A program made the translations under genes and the position numbers. From an uncultured Gammaproteobacteria bacterium (GTDB lineage: Bacteria > Pseudomonadota > Gammaproteobacteria > UBA4575), in NCBI GenBank assembly GCA_963976865.1, contig CAXBLY010000001.1, positions 671,224-735,223 on the forward strand: a DNA stretch of 64,000 nt. The letters run 5' to 3'. Under the pieces are notes generated by a model. That model made no database searches. It had not been told where the DNA came from and was given only the letters and a program-made list of their open reading frames with translations. How positions within the stretch are numbered: position 1 is the stretch's first letter; every line of letters starts with the position of its first letter. This document shows positions 27,452 through 37,253 of this stretch, piece after piece.

Positions 27452-29137
27452 ATGACTGGCGTAGATGTAAAGAGTAATACGGTAAATAATAATTATCTGA
27501 CTTACCTGTTGATACTAATATTATTGTTTCTGGAAGCCGTTACATTACAGTGGTTAAACGGCTCATTTGAAAAAGAATACGCAAACTTCCCTGATGAAGC
27601 GGCACATTATGTCAGTGCGCTTATGGTGCATGACTATTTGCTGGAAGGAAACTTTAGCAATCCAATGAAGTTTGCCGAAGAGTACTATCTGGATTATCCC
27701 AAGGTAGCTATCGGGCACTGGCCACCGCTGCTATACGGTCTTTTAGCATTATGGTTTATTGTATTTGGTATATCCAAAGTATCAGCGCTATGCTTTATGG
27801 CGTTAACTTCAGCGGGAGTGGGGTTAGCAATATATTCAATCGCTAAATCCTCACTTGGCAATGTTGCAGCTTTGTTTGCAGCAATCCTGTTTGTTGCCTT
27901 GCCATTATCACAGGTATGTGCAAATGCGATTATGCTTGAACATCTGGTGACGTTAATGACTTTGTTATCAGTAATATTTTTAGCAAAATTTGTCGATAAT
28001 GAAAAAGTAATAAATATACTTCTGTTTTCCATGTTTGCAGTACTGGCAATATTTACACGTGGGTCTGCCTGGTCTATTGGTCTCATTCCCGGATTGCTAA
28101 TGATTATCGCATGGAGATTTAACCTGTTGAAAAACATCTATTTCTGGATGAGTGCGATACCGGTGCTTGTGATATGTCTGCCATGGTATCTTGCCATGCC
28201 AAGTATCAATCTTGGTGCGTTTTCAGAGGTGTCGCTATTTAGTTATGAGTTTACCAAAAAGGCATTTGTGTGGTTTGGTAATCAGATATATGTACAGACT
28301 GGAGCACTTGTAATTATTCTGGCACTTATTGGAGTGTGGTCCAAAATATTCAAGCAGTATTTTATTAATCAAAAAGTTGAAGTTGTATGGGCGGCACTTG
28401 CTGCCATGTTCATTGCCAGTTACTTTATGCACATCATAATACCGGCTGCTTTTACGCATCGTTATTTACTTGTGATGATGCCAGCAGTTGTTTTGTTTTC
28501 AGCCGCGGGTGTGGTACAGATAGTGGAGTGGTTTTCGATATTGTCTAGGAAGAACAGTGTCTACGTCAGTACATTTGTAGGTTTTGCAGTTTTATATGGT
28601 GTCACAAGCTTCTATTTGAATGGTGTAGATAACCACGGCTATAAGCAGGCATACCAGTCAGTCTCGGGACTTCAGGTGGATGAAAAGTCAGTCGTACTCA
28701 TAGTTTCTGATGTGTATGGTGAAGGAAGCGTAGTTGCCAGTGCGGCATCAGAAGCCAGTACTACAGAAATGACTGTACTCAGAGGAAGTAAGCTGTTTAT
28801 TTATGAAGACTGGATGGGCCGGAATTCTGAAGAGAAATTCAGCTCATATGAAGAAGTGCTTGAGGTGCTCTCAAATATACCTGTTGATGTGGTCATACTG
28901 GATAATAAGGTATCAGAACAGTGGCATCGCAATTACCATGATTTGGTTAAAGCGGCTATGAAAGATACAAACTCAGGCTGGCACCTAAGAAGAAAATTCC
29001 CTGTGACAAAATATGGTGTATATCATAATGAGGGCATAGAAGTGTATGTATCAGAAAGTATTAAGGCAGAAAAACAAAATGGCATAGATTACCAACTAGT
29101 GAAAGCATTATACGGAATGGATAAGCATCTCAAATAG
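27452..29137 (+). CDS. GT-C fold (ArnT/PMT-like) membrane glycosyltransferase
   Basis: PDEAAHY, GHWPPL, many TM segments, RYLL, periplasmic C-terminal domain. Confidence 0.75.
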   Translation: MTGVDVKSNTVNNNYLTYLLILILLFLEAVTLQWLNGSFEKEYANFPDEAAHYVSALMVHDYLLEGNFSNPMKFAEEYYLDYPKVAIGHWPPLLYGLLALWFIVFGISKVSALCFMALTSAGVGLAIYSIAKSSLGNVAALFAAILFVALPLSQVCANAIMLEHLVTLMTLLSVIFLAKFVDNEKVINILLFSMFAVLAIFTRGSAWSIGLIPGLLMIIAWRFNLLKNIYFWMSAIPVLVICLPWYLAMPSINLGAFSEVSLFSYEFTKKAFVWFGNQIYVQTGALVIILALIGVWSKIFKQYFINQKVEVVWAALAAMFIASYFMHIIIPAAFTHRYLLVMMPAVVLFSAAGVVQIVEWFSILSRKNSVYVSTFVGFAVLYGVTSFYLNGVDNHGYKQAYQSVSGLQVDEKSVVLIVSDVYGEGSVVASAASEASTTEMTVLRGSKLFIYEDWMGRNSEEKFSSYEEVLEVLSNIPVDVVILDNKVSEQWHRNYHDLVKAAMKDTNSGWHLRRKFPVTKYGVYHNEGIEVYVSESIKAEKQNGIDYQLVKALYGMDKHLK

Positions 29138-29201
29138 GCGTATATAAAACTGGAAACGAGCGTATAAATAATAAATTCATTAAAATTGTGTAATCACACA
29201 T

Positions 29202-30080
29202 ATGAGTGCTATAAAAAAAGATGTGTGCTGGATATGTGCCAGAAGCGATCTTAAGCTTGTAAAAGCATCTAATATAAAACTGCCTTTATCATCAGTGGAT
29301 TTTAAAATTACTGATTCAAATTATGGTCATACAGGTGATATATATAGCTGTAATAATTGCGGCTTTCATCAGTGTATGACAATGCCTGATGTACTTGAAT
29401 ACTATGAGAATATGGATGATCCGGTCTATGAGATGACTCGATCGCAAAGAGCTATTCAGGAAAAAAATATACTTGACGTATTAAAGCGATTTGATACGGG
29501 CGATATGCTATTGGATGTCGGTGCAGGGAGTGGAATTATGGTTGAGGTGGCGACTCAGGCAGGTTATCAGGCATGCGGTGTTGAACCTTCCATAGCACTT
29601 CAGAGGAAAGCGGGAGAGTTGGGACATGATGTAATTTCTGGAACAATAGATTCGCTTCAGCAAGATAATAAATATGACGTGATAACAAGCATTGATGTTC
29701 TGGAGCATGTGTCTGACCCGGTAGATTTTTTAAAAAAGATAAATCAGTTTCTTGATAAAGAGGGGCTGGCAATTATAGTCACGCCAGACAGAAAATCATT
29801 TTTTGCAAGAGTGTTAGGCTGGCGATGGTGGCATTATCGAATAGCCCATATTGGCTACTTTGATAAACAAACGCTAAAGCTTGCACTGGGGAAAGCTGGT
29901 TTGACCCCGGTGTTGTTTAAGCGACCTGTATGGTATCTTCCGGCAAACTATATTTTCGATCGTTTGATGAAATATATACCAAAAATAATCCGCTGTGAGT
30001 CGCCCGGATTTTTAAAGAAAATTGTGATCCCATTAAATCTGCGGGATTCAATACTGGTTGTATGCAAGAAATCACCATAG
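29202..30080 (+). CDS. Class I SAM-dependent methyltransferase with N-terminal Cys motifs
   Basis: CWIC...CNNC; LDVGAGSG; DVLEHV. Confidence 0.88.
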   Translation: MSAIKKDVCWICARSDLKLVKASNIKLPLSSVDFKITDSNYGHTGDIYSCNNCGFHQCMTMPDVLEYYENMDDPVYEMTRSQRAIQEKNILDVLKRFDTGDMLLDVGAGSGIMVEVATQAGYQACGVEPSIALQRKAGELGHDVISGTIDSLQQDNKYDVITSIDVLEHVSDPVDFLKKINQFLDKEGLAIIVTPDRKSFFARVLGWRWWHYRIAHIGYFDKQTLKLALGKAGLTPVLFKRPVWYLPANYIFDRLMKYIPKIIRCESPGFLKKIVIPLNLRDSILVVCKKSP

Positions 30081-30089
30081 TTGTATTTA

Positions 30090-30368
30090 ATGAAAAATTC
30101 AGAGCCAGAGAAGTTAATAAAAAAACACGAAAAACTCGTTCATTCGGATATGATGAAAGTCACGTCACATGTGCAGCGTGAAGCAGGCAAGTGGATAATC
30201 AATACATTAATGGTTGAAGGTTGTGATGTGCCTTTCAGATATAAACGGCAAGTTAAATATAAAAATCTGAAAGGGCAAAGAGTTAATCTTACGTATTATC
30301 CAAGCAGAGAAATAATAGCCGGTATAGAGATGGAAATAATGAATGTAGTAAGGATTAAAGTTTCCTGA
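30090..30368 (+). CDS. Hypothetical protein
   Basis: Basic ORF with SHVQRE, VPFRYKR, RVNLTYYP. Confidence 0.65.
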   Translation: MKNSEPEKLIKKHEKLVHSDMMKVTSHVQREAGKWIINTLMVEGCDVPFRYKRQVKYKNLKGQRVNLTYYPSREIIAGIEMEIMNVVRIKVS

Positions 30369-30425
30369 TCCTGGCTTATGTGACTGCGTTAATACTGTAT
30401 TGCTGTATATCTTGAATAGTATTTT

Positions 30426-30980
30426 CTATTCGCTCTCATCCTCACTATATTCTTCCAGAGTGACATTCTGCATCGAATAACCGGCAAAGGCCTGCGGACT
30501 GTCTTTGCTTTGAGTGCTTAACAAGCCAGTTGCCCAGACTGCATAATCAAGCCATTCCTGTTTAAGGGCTGAGCTGGATGTCACATGAACAATCTGGTTG
30601 GAAGGTGGTGGTGGAGTGTGAATACATGCGCCGAAATACGGAACGAGTAAAAACGTTTGAAATGTTTCTGTGTCAAAGTCAAAATCAAGGGGAACAATAA
30701 AGCCAGCAATTTTAACGCGTTGATTGTTAAGCTCCGGGACAATTGGCGCAGAAGCTAAAGTAGCTCTTAATTCATCATAAGCATTTTGAGCTTCTTCAGT
30801 GTCATCATCAAAACTGAATGCGTCTGAAGCACTAAATCCCTTATTTTCACTGAGTTTTAATAACGACTCAACAAAACCTTCCGGCATCATTTCATCCCAC
30901 TCCAGGATACGTGCAGCATCGGCAAAGAGTGAATGACTGGCAATTAAACAAAATAGTAGAAATGAGAGAACTGGTTTCAT
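30426..30980 (-). CDS. DUF3299 family protein (ZrgD-like)
   Basis: GFIVPL, FLLVPYFGACIHTPPPPSNQIV. Confidence 0.88.
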   Translation of the reverse strand: MKPVLSFLLFCLIASHSLFADAARILEWDEMMPEGFVESLLKLSENKGFSASDAFSFDDDTEEAQNAYDELRATLASAPIVPELNNQRVKIAGFIVPLDFDFDTETFQTFLLVPYFGACIHTPPPPSNQIVHVTSSSALKQEWLDYAVWATGLLSTQSKDSPQAFAGYSMQNVTLEEYSEDESE

Positions 30981-32239
30981 GTGCGAATCGTTAATCCATC
31001 CTGTAAAGTGCTACGGTAGGCATTAAATGCAGGAATTAGTGAAATAAGTAACCCTGCCAATAATACTGATCCAAGTAACTGCCACTGAAATAAAGAAAGG
31101 GGAGTCATCATGATAGTAATGCCGTATGTATGATGCAGTATTGGTGCGAATAATAGTATAGATAAATATAGTAATGCGATAGCCAGAATCATACTGAAAA
31201 TTATAATTAACTCGGTCTCAATAATCATTAATAGGGAAATACTCAACGGAGATGCACCCACAGATCTCAATACTGCTAACTCATGTCTGCGTGAATTCAG
31301 ATTGGTTAGAATAATCGAGAGCATACTAATCAGGGTAGTAGCGATCACGAAGCCTGAAATTATTATTAATATCTTCTCGATTATTCCAACTACTTTCCAT
31401 AATTCCAGTAAAGCAACACCAGGCAATATAGCGAGTAGTGGTTCTTTTCGATAATCATTAATCGCTCTTTGAATATTAAATACATCATGCTTGCTTTTTA
31501 GTTTAAGCAAAAATGCAGTAATTGATTTTGGTTGCAGTGTCTCATTGTCTGAATTGAGAGCAGAGTGTTCAGTGCTGGTGGCTATGCCATGTTCCCAGCC
31601 AATATGGATTGCTTCTAACGCTTTTAAATCGATCACAATGCTGTCATCGAGAGGTGAACCGGTTGGGCTCAGAATGCCGCTAATCGTAAATGGCATATTA
31701 TTGTGCTGAGCAAGACTGATATTGCCCATGCCATGTGCAAGGATGATTTCATCATTAAGTGAATAGTTTAATTTTTTGGCGACATTTGAGCCAATAACTG
31801 CATCAGATAATTGAGTAAAATTGTTGCCCGCAAGAAGCGACAAACTACGGTCGTTCCTGTACTGATAATCTTTGAGGAACTTTTCGCTTGTGCCAATAAC
31901 ACGAAACCCTTTATGAGAGTCGCCCAGGGAAATAGGAATACTCGATTCTATGCGAGGGTGTTTGATAATTTTCTGATAACTTTCCCAGGAGACATTATTG
32001 GTTGCATTTCCAATATGGAAAATCGAATATAAAAGCAGTTGCACCGAGCCACTGCGTGAACCGACGATTAAATCAATCCCTGAAACAGTATTAACGAAAT
32101 TATTTTTTGCCTGGACTCTAATGGTATCGACAGCTAAAAATAACAGGATACTGATGCCTACAGAGAATATGGTCATGCCGACTGTAAACTTCCTGAATTT
32201 TAAACTTTTCAGCGCAAGACGCAGAGTGGTTAATGTCAT
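30977..32239 (-). CDS. ABC transporter permease, FtsX/MacB-like (ZrgC-like)
   Basis: DLIVGSRSG.VQLLLYSIF, PISLGDSH.GFRV, RRHELAVLRSVGA. Confidence 0.9.
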   Translation of the reverse strand: MTLTTLRLALKSLKFRKFTVGMTIFSVGISILLFLAVDTIRVQAKNNFVNTVSGIDLIVGSRSGSVQLLLYSIFHIGNATNNVSWESYQKIIKHPRIESSIPISLGDSHKGFRVIGTSEKFLKDYQYRNDRSLSLLAGNNFTQLSDAVIGSNVAKKLNYSLNDEIILAHGMGNISLAQHNNMPFTISGILSPTGSPLDDSIVIDLKALEAIHIGWEHGIATSTEHSALNSDNETLQPKSITAFLLKLKSKHDVFNIQRAINDYRKEPLLAILPGVALLELWKVVGIIEKILIIISGFVIATTLISMLSIILTNLNSRRHELAVLRSVGASPLSISLLMIIETELIIIFSMILAIALLYLSILLFAPILHHTYGITIMMTPLSLFQWQLLGSVLLAGLLISLIPAFNAYRSTLQDGLTIRT

Positions 32240-32946
32240 GATGAAGTTTCAGGTGTGAAATTGCTGATGGATAACGTTGTGTCAAACATTGAGGCAAGCG
32301 AAGAGTCGTGGCTGACCAGTATTAAGGTGCTATTGGAGATCTTGACCTGATTAAAAAGCAACTCAATAAACCCACGTTTGGCGTCAGCATCTAACGCAGA
32401 TGTAGGCTCGTCAGCAATGATGATTTCAGGTGAACCAATCAATGCACGTGCAGCGGCAATACGTTGCTGTTGCCCTGTGCTCAGCTCGGTAATATTGCGG
32501 TCACGGATTTTAGAGTCATTTAAGCCTAATGAACTTAAAAGTGATAAGGCGTGCTGTTGGATTGTGTGCCGGTTTTTATTCAGTTTCGCTTGTCTGTGTT
32601 TAGAAAACGATAATGGAAGAATAATATTGTCCATTACAGATAAGTAGGGAATTAGATTAAAATGCTGGAATATAATTCCGTAGTGGTCGGCACGAAATGA
32701 ATCGTGTCGTGATTTGCTGGCATTTGTAATGTCATGATCCAGTATTGTTATGTTTCCCTCGGTTGGTGCTAACACGCCTGCAAGTAAATTAAGCAGGGTT
32801 GACTTGCCGCTACCGCTAGCGCCCTGGACAAACACTTTTTCACCCTGACTTATTGATAATTCTGGAATGTTAAGTAAGTCGTTACGCGCGCCAGGCCATC
32901 GAAATGATAGTTTGGATATATCGACACAACGTTTAGGTGAGCTCAT
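32236..32946 (-). CDS. ABC transporter ATP-binding protein (ZrgB-like)
   Basis: GASGSGKST, LSTGQQQR, ADEPT, SHD. Confidence 0.93.
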   Translation of the reverse strand: MSSPKRCVDISKLSFRWPGARNDLLNIPELSISQGEKVFVQGASGSGKSTLLNLLAGVLAPTEGNITILDHDITNASKSRHDSFRADHYGIIFQHFNLIPYLSVMDNIILPLSFSKHRQAKLNKNRHTIQQHALSLLSSLGLNDSKIRDRNITELSTGQQQRIAAARALIGSPEIIIADEPTSALDADAKRGFIELLFNQVKISNSTLILVSHDSSLASMFDTTLSISNFTPETSS

Positions 32947-33485
32947 TAATCAATTGTCATAATGTAATTATCATTATCCAGGGTAATGAGTCTTTGCTTA
33001 GTATCAGATACGTATTGTACTTCTATCTGGTCAATACCTGGCAATGAGTGAAATAATGAAAATGTAATAATGGTGGAATCACTGCTTGGACAGCTAAACA
33101 TGTATTCAAGTTCCACATCATAATGTTTGTCTGTTGTGCCAGAATTGTTTTCTTGAGAGTTGATTGTATTGATGGCAGTTGGATCACAGTCTGGCTGCAG
33201 TTTAATGACATTGCCTGGTTGAGAAAGCATTTTAAGTATCCTGTCGACTAAGGATTGCTCTTCCTTATTCCTGGGGCCATGTTCAAATCCAAATACGTTG
33301 AATGCTGGCAGTACGAGATGCAGATTAAGTTGATTGTTACTGTGTGAAATAGTCGCAAGCACTTTGCCGTGCTCATGAGCGTGTTGTGCGGAGAATTCAA
33401 TATCATGCTCTTCGTGTGAGTGCTCAGCAGATACGCTTCCTAACAAGGAATATAATGCTACCGTCACGTAGATTATGGGTTTCAT
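32946..33485 (-). CDS. DUF2796/ZrgA-like His-rich periplasmic protein
   Basis: Signal peptide; HSHEEH, HAHEHG, FGFEH. Confidence 0.8.
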   Translation of the reverse strand: MKPIIYVTVALYSLLGSVSAEHSHEEHDIEFSAQHAHEHGKVLATISHSNNQLNLHLVLPAFNVFGFEHGPRNKEEQSLVDRILKMLSQPGNVIKLQPDCDPTAINTINSQENNSGTTDKHYDVELEYMFSCPSSDSTIITFSLFHSLPGIDQIEVQYVSDTKQRLITLDNDNYIMTID

Positions 33486-33492
33486 GGCTAAC

Positions 33493-33912
33493 TTAATGAC
33501 AGCAAGGTGTATGTTTCTTTCTTGTTGCCTGCAGATTGAGTATATGTCCGGCAGCATGTGTTAATCCGCCAATAATGGTAAGAAGTGTTTCACCCTCATG
33601 CGCTATGACATTATCCAGTAACAGCTGTTCTGCGAATAATGCAATAAACGTTAATATTAATAGGCCAATACCCGCGATGACGATAGGTAGCAATTTGCCA
33701 TGAGAACGATAGCCGGTAATTAATGCGATTAAGCTTGCAGGTAATATGAATAGTAAAATGAACTGGTGAAACCAGAATTCATGCACTTCATTATCATGAT
33801 GGATTGTTGCAGTAAGCAGTGGCGTTATGCTGGCAATGAGTGGCAGGGCGATGCAGTGTATGGCGCATAAACCTGACAGCATAATTGCAAATTTGTCAAA
33901 GCGTTCTTGCAT
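33493..33912 (-). CDS. MerC-domain membrane protein
   Basis: DK.AI.LSGLCAIHC, EFWFH, GYRSH, GHILN. Confidence 0.82.
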   Translation of the reverse strand: MQERFDKFAIMLSGLCAIHCIALPLIASITPLLTATIHHDNEVHEFWFHQFILLFILPASLIALITGYRSHGKLLPIVIAGIGLLILTFIALFAEQLLLDNVIAHEGETLLTIIGGLTHAAGHILNLQATRKKHTPCCH

Positions 33913-33913
33913 G

Positions 33914-34372
33914 TTATTTGGCACACCTTGCACACGTTCCATGAATCTCTATTGACGTCTGGTTTGGTATGAACCCCTGTTTCTGGCTGGTTTCTAGTAG
34001 CGTTTTATCAAGTTTTGGTTCATGCATTTCTTTAACTTCATCGCACTCATCACAGACGAAAAATTTACTATCCAGTTTATTGTGATCGATCTCGCAACCA
34101 ATGAAAGCATTGCTGCTTTCAATTTTGTGGATCAGGTGATTTTCTAATAGAAAGTCTAGTGCGCGATAGACTGTAGGGGGTTTTTCAATATGGCCTTCAG
34201 TACTAAGGGAGGCAAGCAGGTCGTAAGCTTTAACCGGCTTATGGCTTTGCCAGATGAGCTCAAGGACTTTTCTTCGTATGGGCGTGAGGCGTATAGCCCG
34301 TTTAGCGCACACTCTTTCGGCACGCGCGAGGGCATCTTTGATGCAAACATTGTGTCGATGTCGCTCTCTCAT
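33914..34372 (-). CDS. zur: Fur family regulator, Zur-like
   Basis: LTPIRR.VL, KAYDLL, PPTVYRALDFL, CDEC, CARC; Zur box upstream. Confidence 0.8.
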   Translation of the reverse strand: MRERHRHNVCIKDALARAERVCAKRAIRLTPIRRKVLELIWQSHKPVKAYDLLASLSTEGHIEKPPTVYRALDFLLENHLIHKIESSNAFIGCEIDHNKLDSKFFVCDECDEVKEMHEPKLDKTLLETSQKQGFIPNQTSIEIHGTCARCAK

Positions 34373-34391
34373 ATCTCTGTGGCATATTAAC

Positions 34392-34434
34392 TGTTATAAC
34401 ATAACATGATATATGTATGATTACAGACAGTCAA
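34392..34434 (-). promoter_or_regulatory. Zur box next to a sigma-70 promoter
   Basis: TGTTAT-AAC-ATAACA (34392-34406); minus-strand TTGACT (34434-34429)-N17-TATCAT (34411-34406). Confidence 0.75.
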
Positions 34435-34541
34435 TAATCGCTCAACTTAAGAACGAGCGATATGCTATTGAAACAGCTCAGATGAACGACTGGTTGTGAA
34501 CAGTCAAGCGGATATCAGGTCAATACGCTGACACAGCAAGG

Positions 34542-34655
34542 CTAATGGATATCAAATATAAACGCTAAAATGAAAAAACCATAAAGGAAAAATGCTCCCG
34601 CAATCACGGCTTTCACAAGGTCTGTAATGGCAGTCTTATATTCATTATCGGTCAT
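34542..34655 (-). CDS. Unannotated 37-aa single-TM small protein
   Basis: MTDNEYKTAITDLVKAVIAGAFFLYGFFILAFIFDIH; GGAGG RBS upstream. Confidence 0.55.
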   Translation of the reverse strand: MTDNEYKTAITDLVKAVIAGAFFLYGFFILAFIFDIH

Positions 34656-34719
34656 GGTATGTGCCTCCGGGAATAGTGATAATTACATGAGCTTAAGTGA
34701 GATTAAGATACATGATAGC

Positions 34720-34739
34720 ATTCAATAGATCAATTGAAT
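34720..34739. promoter_or_regulatory. Putative ArsR/SmtB operator
   Basis: ATTCAAT-AGATCA-ATTGAAT inverted repeat just upstream of the ArsR gene. Confidence 0.6.
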
Positions 34740-34762
34740 AAAAGGATTGAGCCAATACCCGT

Positions 34763-35413
34763 ATGACATTCAAAAAAGAGTTATTTGCCCAGTTTGCCCA
34801 GGTAGGAAAATCGCTTAGTAATGGTAACCGACTGGAAATACTGGAATTTTTAGCGCAGGGTGAGCGAACAGTAGACGAGCTGTCAAAAGCATCTGGTCTT
34901 TCTGTAGCCAATACGTCACAACATCTGCAAGGGCTTAGAAGATCCGGGCTGGTTAAAAACAGATCAGAGGGGCAGAAGTCTTATTATCGTTTAAGTGATT
35001 ATTCTGTGGTGGCGTTACTGGCACTGATGAGAAAAGTGGCTGAAGATAACCTGGCTGAGATAAACGTTCTGGTCTCAAATTATCTGGAGTCGAAAGATCA
35101 ACTGGAACCCATATCGAGAGATGAATTACTCAAGCGAGTAAAAGCGGGTGAAGTTACCCTCATTGATGTTAGACCTGAAACAGAATACGTATCAGGCCAC
35201 TTGCCAAAGGCAATGAATATCCCTCTATCGAATATAAAAAAGCAACTCAGTACACTGCCACGTAATAAAGAAGTGATTGCCTATTGTCGTGGGCCGTATT
35301 GCGTATTAGCGTATGACGCTATTCAAATGCTACGCACACATGGATTTAATGCACGCAGGCTAGAAGACGGATTTCCCGAATGGAAACTACAGGGCCTGCC
35401 GGTAGAGCAGTAA
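34763..35413 (+). CDS. ArsR/SmtB regulator fused to a rhodanese domain
   Basis: RLEILE.LAQGER.V, NTSQHL; IDVRP..EY..GHLP, YCRGPYC. Confidence 0.92.
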   Translation: MTFKKELFAQFAQVGKSLSNGNRLEILEFLAQGERTVDELSKASGLSVANTSQHLQGLRRSGLVKNRSEGQKSYYRLSDYSVVALLALMRKVAEDNLAEINVLVSNYLESKDQLEPISRDELLKRVKAGEVTLIDVRPETEYVSGHLPKAMNIPLSNIKKQLSTLPRNKEVIAYCRGPYCVLAYDAIQMLRTHGFNARRLEDGFPEWKLQGLPVEQ

Positions 35414-35455
35414 ACAAAAAATAATATTAGCAATAGTCGCGACACTAACAGGGAG

Positions 35456-36148
35456 GTGATAGTGCAAGGGAATAAATATTTGCAGACACTAAAAGAGCAG
35501 TTATTAAAGCATGCTATGTTTGATGATCCGTTTATACAAAAGATCGCTACGCTTTCCCGGTTTGAAATCGACAAGGCTCAATTATTTGCTGAGTTATATT
35601 ATCCGCATATTCTTAGAACAAGATTATATCAGGCAAATGCATTAGGGATTACACCTGATGAAAATATACAATATGTGTTAGCAGATATTCTGCACGACGA
35701 GTATGGACAGGGCGAACAGAACAATTCACATATGCAGCTATACCGTAATTTTATGCATGCGATAGGGCTTGATATTAAAGACTCCGCTGAATATACCATT
35801 ATCCCGGAACTGCAAATGTACATTAGTACCATGGAACAATTAACGCGAAATGGTGACTGGTTGACTGCAATAGCCGCGGTGGGTGTCGCCAGTGAATGGC
35901 CGATACCAAAATATTACGGTCTGCTGCTAAATGGTTTGAGAAAAATACAGGGAATAAAAGAGAAGGACCTGGAATTATTTACCGGGCATATTGAGCTGGA
36001 TGTTGAGCATGCAAATATGATTGAGCAGTCTGTTGTGCCATATCTTGATAATGAGCAAAATCAAGAGCGTTTTAACCAGGGGATTACTCTTAACATGGAA
36101 GCGCGTCGTGTATTTCACGCGGGTTTGTATCGTGAAATCTTTGGATGA
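35456..36148 (+). CDS. Heme-oxygenase-like iron-containing redox enzyme (TenA/PqqC/CADD-like)
   Basis: DEYGQG...SH, ASEW, GHIELDVEH metal-ligand pattern. Confidence 0.75.
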   Translation: MIVQGNKYLQTLKEQLLKHAMFDDPFIQKIATLSRFEIDKAQLFAELYYPHILRTRLYQANALGITPDENIQYVLADILHDEYGQGEQNNSHMQLYRNFMHAIGLDIKDSAEYTIIPELQMYISTMEQLTRNGDWLTAIAAVGVASEWPIPKYYGLLLNGLRKIQGIKEKDLELFTGHIELDVEHANMIEQSVVPYLDNEQNQERFNQGITLNMEARRVFHAGLYREIFG

Positions 36149-36154
36149 TAAAGT

Positions 36155-37090
36155 CTATTTGTCGGATATCAGGCCTATCTGGTTACGGCCCTTGCGTTTG
36201 GCTTTGTACATGGCTTTATCAGCATAGGCAATAAACTGGGAGACACATTTTATTTCATTGTCCGGAAAGTTGGAGACACCAATACTTAAGGTGGTGTAAA
36301 TTTTTTTATCACCAACAGAAAATTTCATTGCTTCAATATTGTTTCTGACTTTTTCGGCGAGTTGTAGGCCGCTCAGGGAATCTATGTTTGGGCATACTAT
36401 TGCAAATTCATCGCCACCATAACGACAAACAATGTCTGCTGAGCGTACGGTTTGTATTAGCTTGTCAGCAATATGCTTGAGAATTTTATCACCAACCTGG
36501 TGTCCGTACGTATCATTGATGGTTTTAAAATTATCGACATCAATCATAAATAAACAAAGTGAGCTGAAATCTCTTTTGGCAGCAATATAGGCACTATTGA
36601 GAAAATGAGCAAAAGCTTTTCGGTTGTATGCATTGGTAAGAATATCTTTGGAAAGCTGCTCTTCGATGTAGTCTTTGTATTCTGCATCCAGTTGATTGTT
36701 TAATGAGAATTTGAGCACGGTTGATACACCAATGGATACCTGATCACCATTCCTGATGACGATTTTGCCTGTAAGCTTGGTGCCATTAACGTAAGTACCG
36801 TTGGCACTATTTAAGTCTTCTACTTCTACAGATGAGCCATCAAAACGCATTCTTATATGAGTTCTTGATATTCCTGTATCTACAACCTGTATGTCAGCTT
36901 CGGGTGAGCGACCCAGTGTTATGTCTGTATCTGGTTCCAGCTGAAACGATAAACCGGTTCTGGGGCCAGAGATTGCTGTGATGGACACACTAATATTTGA
37001 ACGGCATTGTTTTTTTAACAATCCATCTGAAGGGCGTGTAACAATTGTGTCGTCAGACAATAATTTTAATATTTGACTGGTGTCTTCCAC
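36155..37090 (-). CDS. FHA-domain diguanylate cyclase
   Basis: LGR, ISRTH, DLNSANGT (FHA); DVDNFK.INDTYGH, RYGGDEF. Confidence 0.92.
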   Translation of the reverse strand: MEDTSQILKLLSDDTIVTRPSDGLLKKQCRSNISVSITAISGPRTGLSFQLEPDTDITLGRSPEADIQVVDTGISRTHIRMRFDGSSVEVEDLNSANGTYVNGTKLTGKIVIRNGDQVSIGVSTVLKFSLNNQLDAEYKDYIEEQLSKDILTNAYNRKAFAHFLNSAYIAAKRDFSSLCLFMIDVDNFKTINDTYGHQVGDKILKHIADKLIQTVRSADIVCRYGGDEFAIVCPNIDSLSGLQLAEKVRNNIEAMKFSVGDKKIYTTLSIGVSNFPDNEIKCVSQFIAYADKAMYKAKRKGRNQIGLISDK

Positions 37091-37253
37091 AGATATGGCT
37101 TTAATTTATATTGGACTCTGACTATCCTTAAATTGACTATTTCATTCCACAAAATCAAGCACATACCCAATAAATTATTGCTGACGGAATGTAAAATATG
37201 CCAATAATGTTAGCTGGCGCACACTGGCAGATGGGTAAAAGGCTGATATCTGG

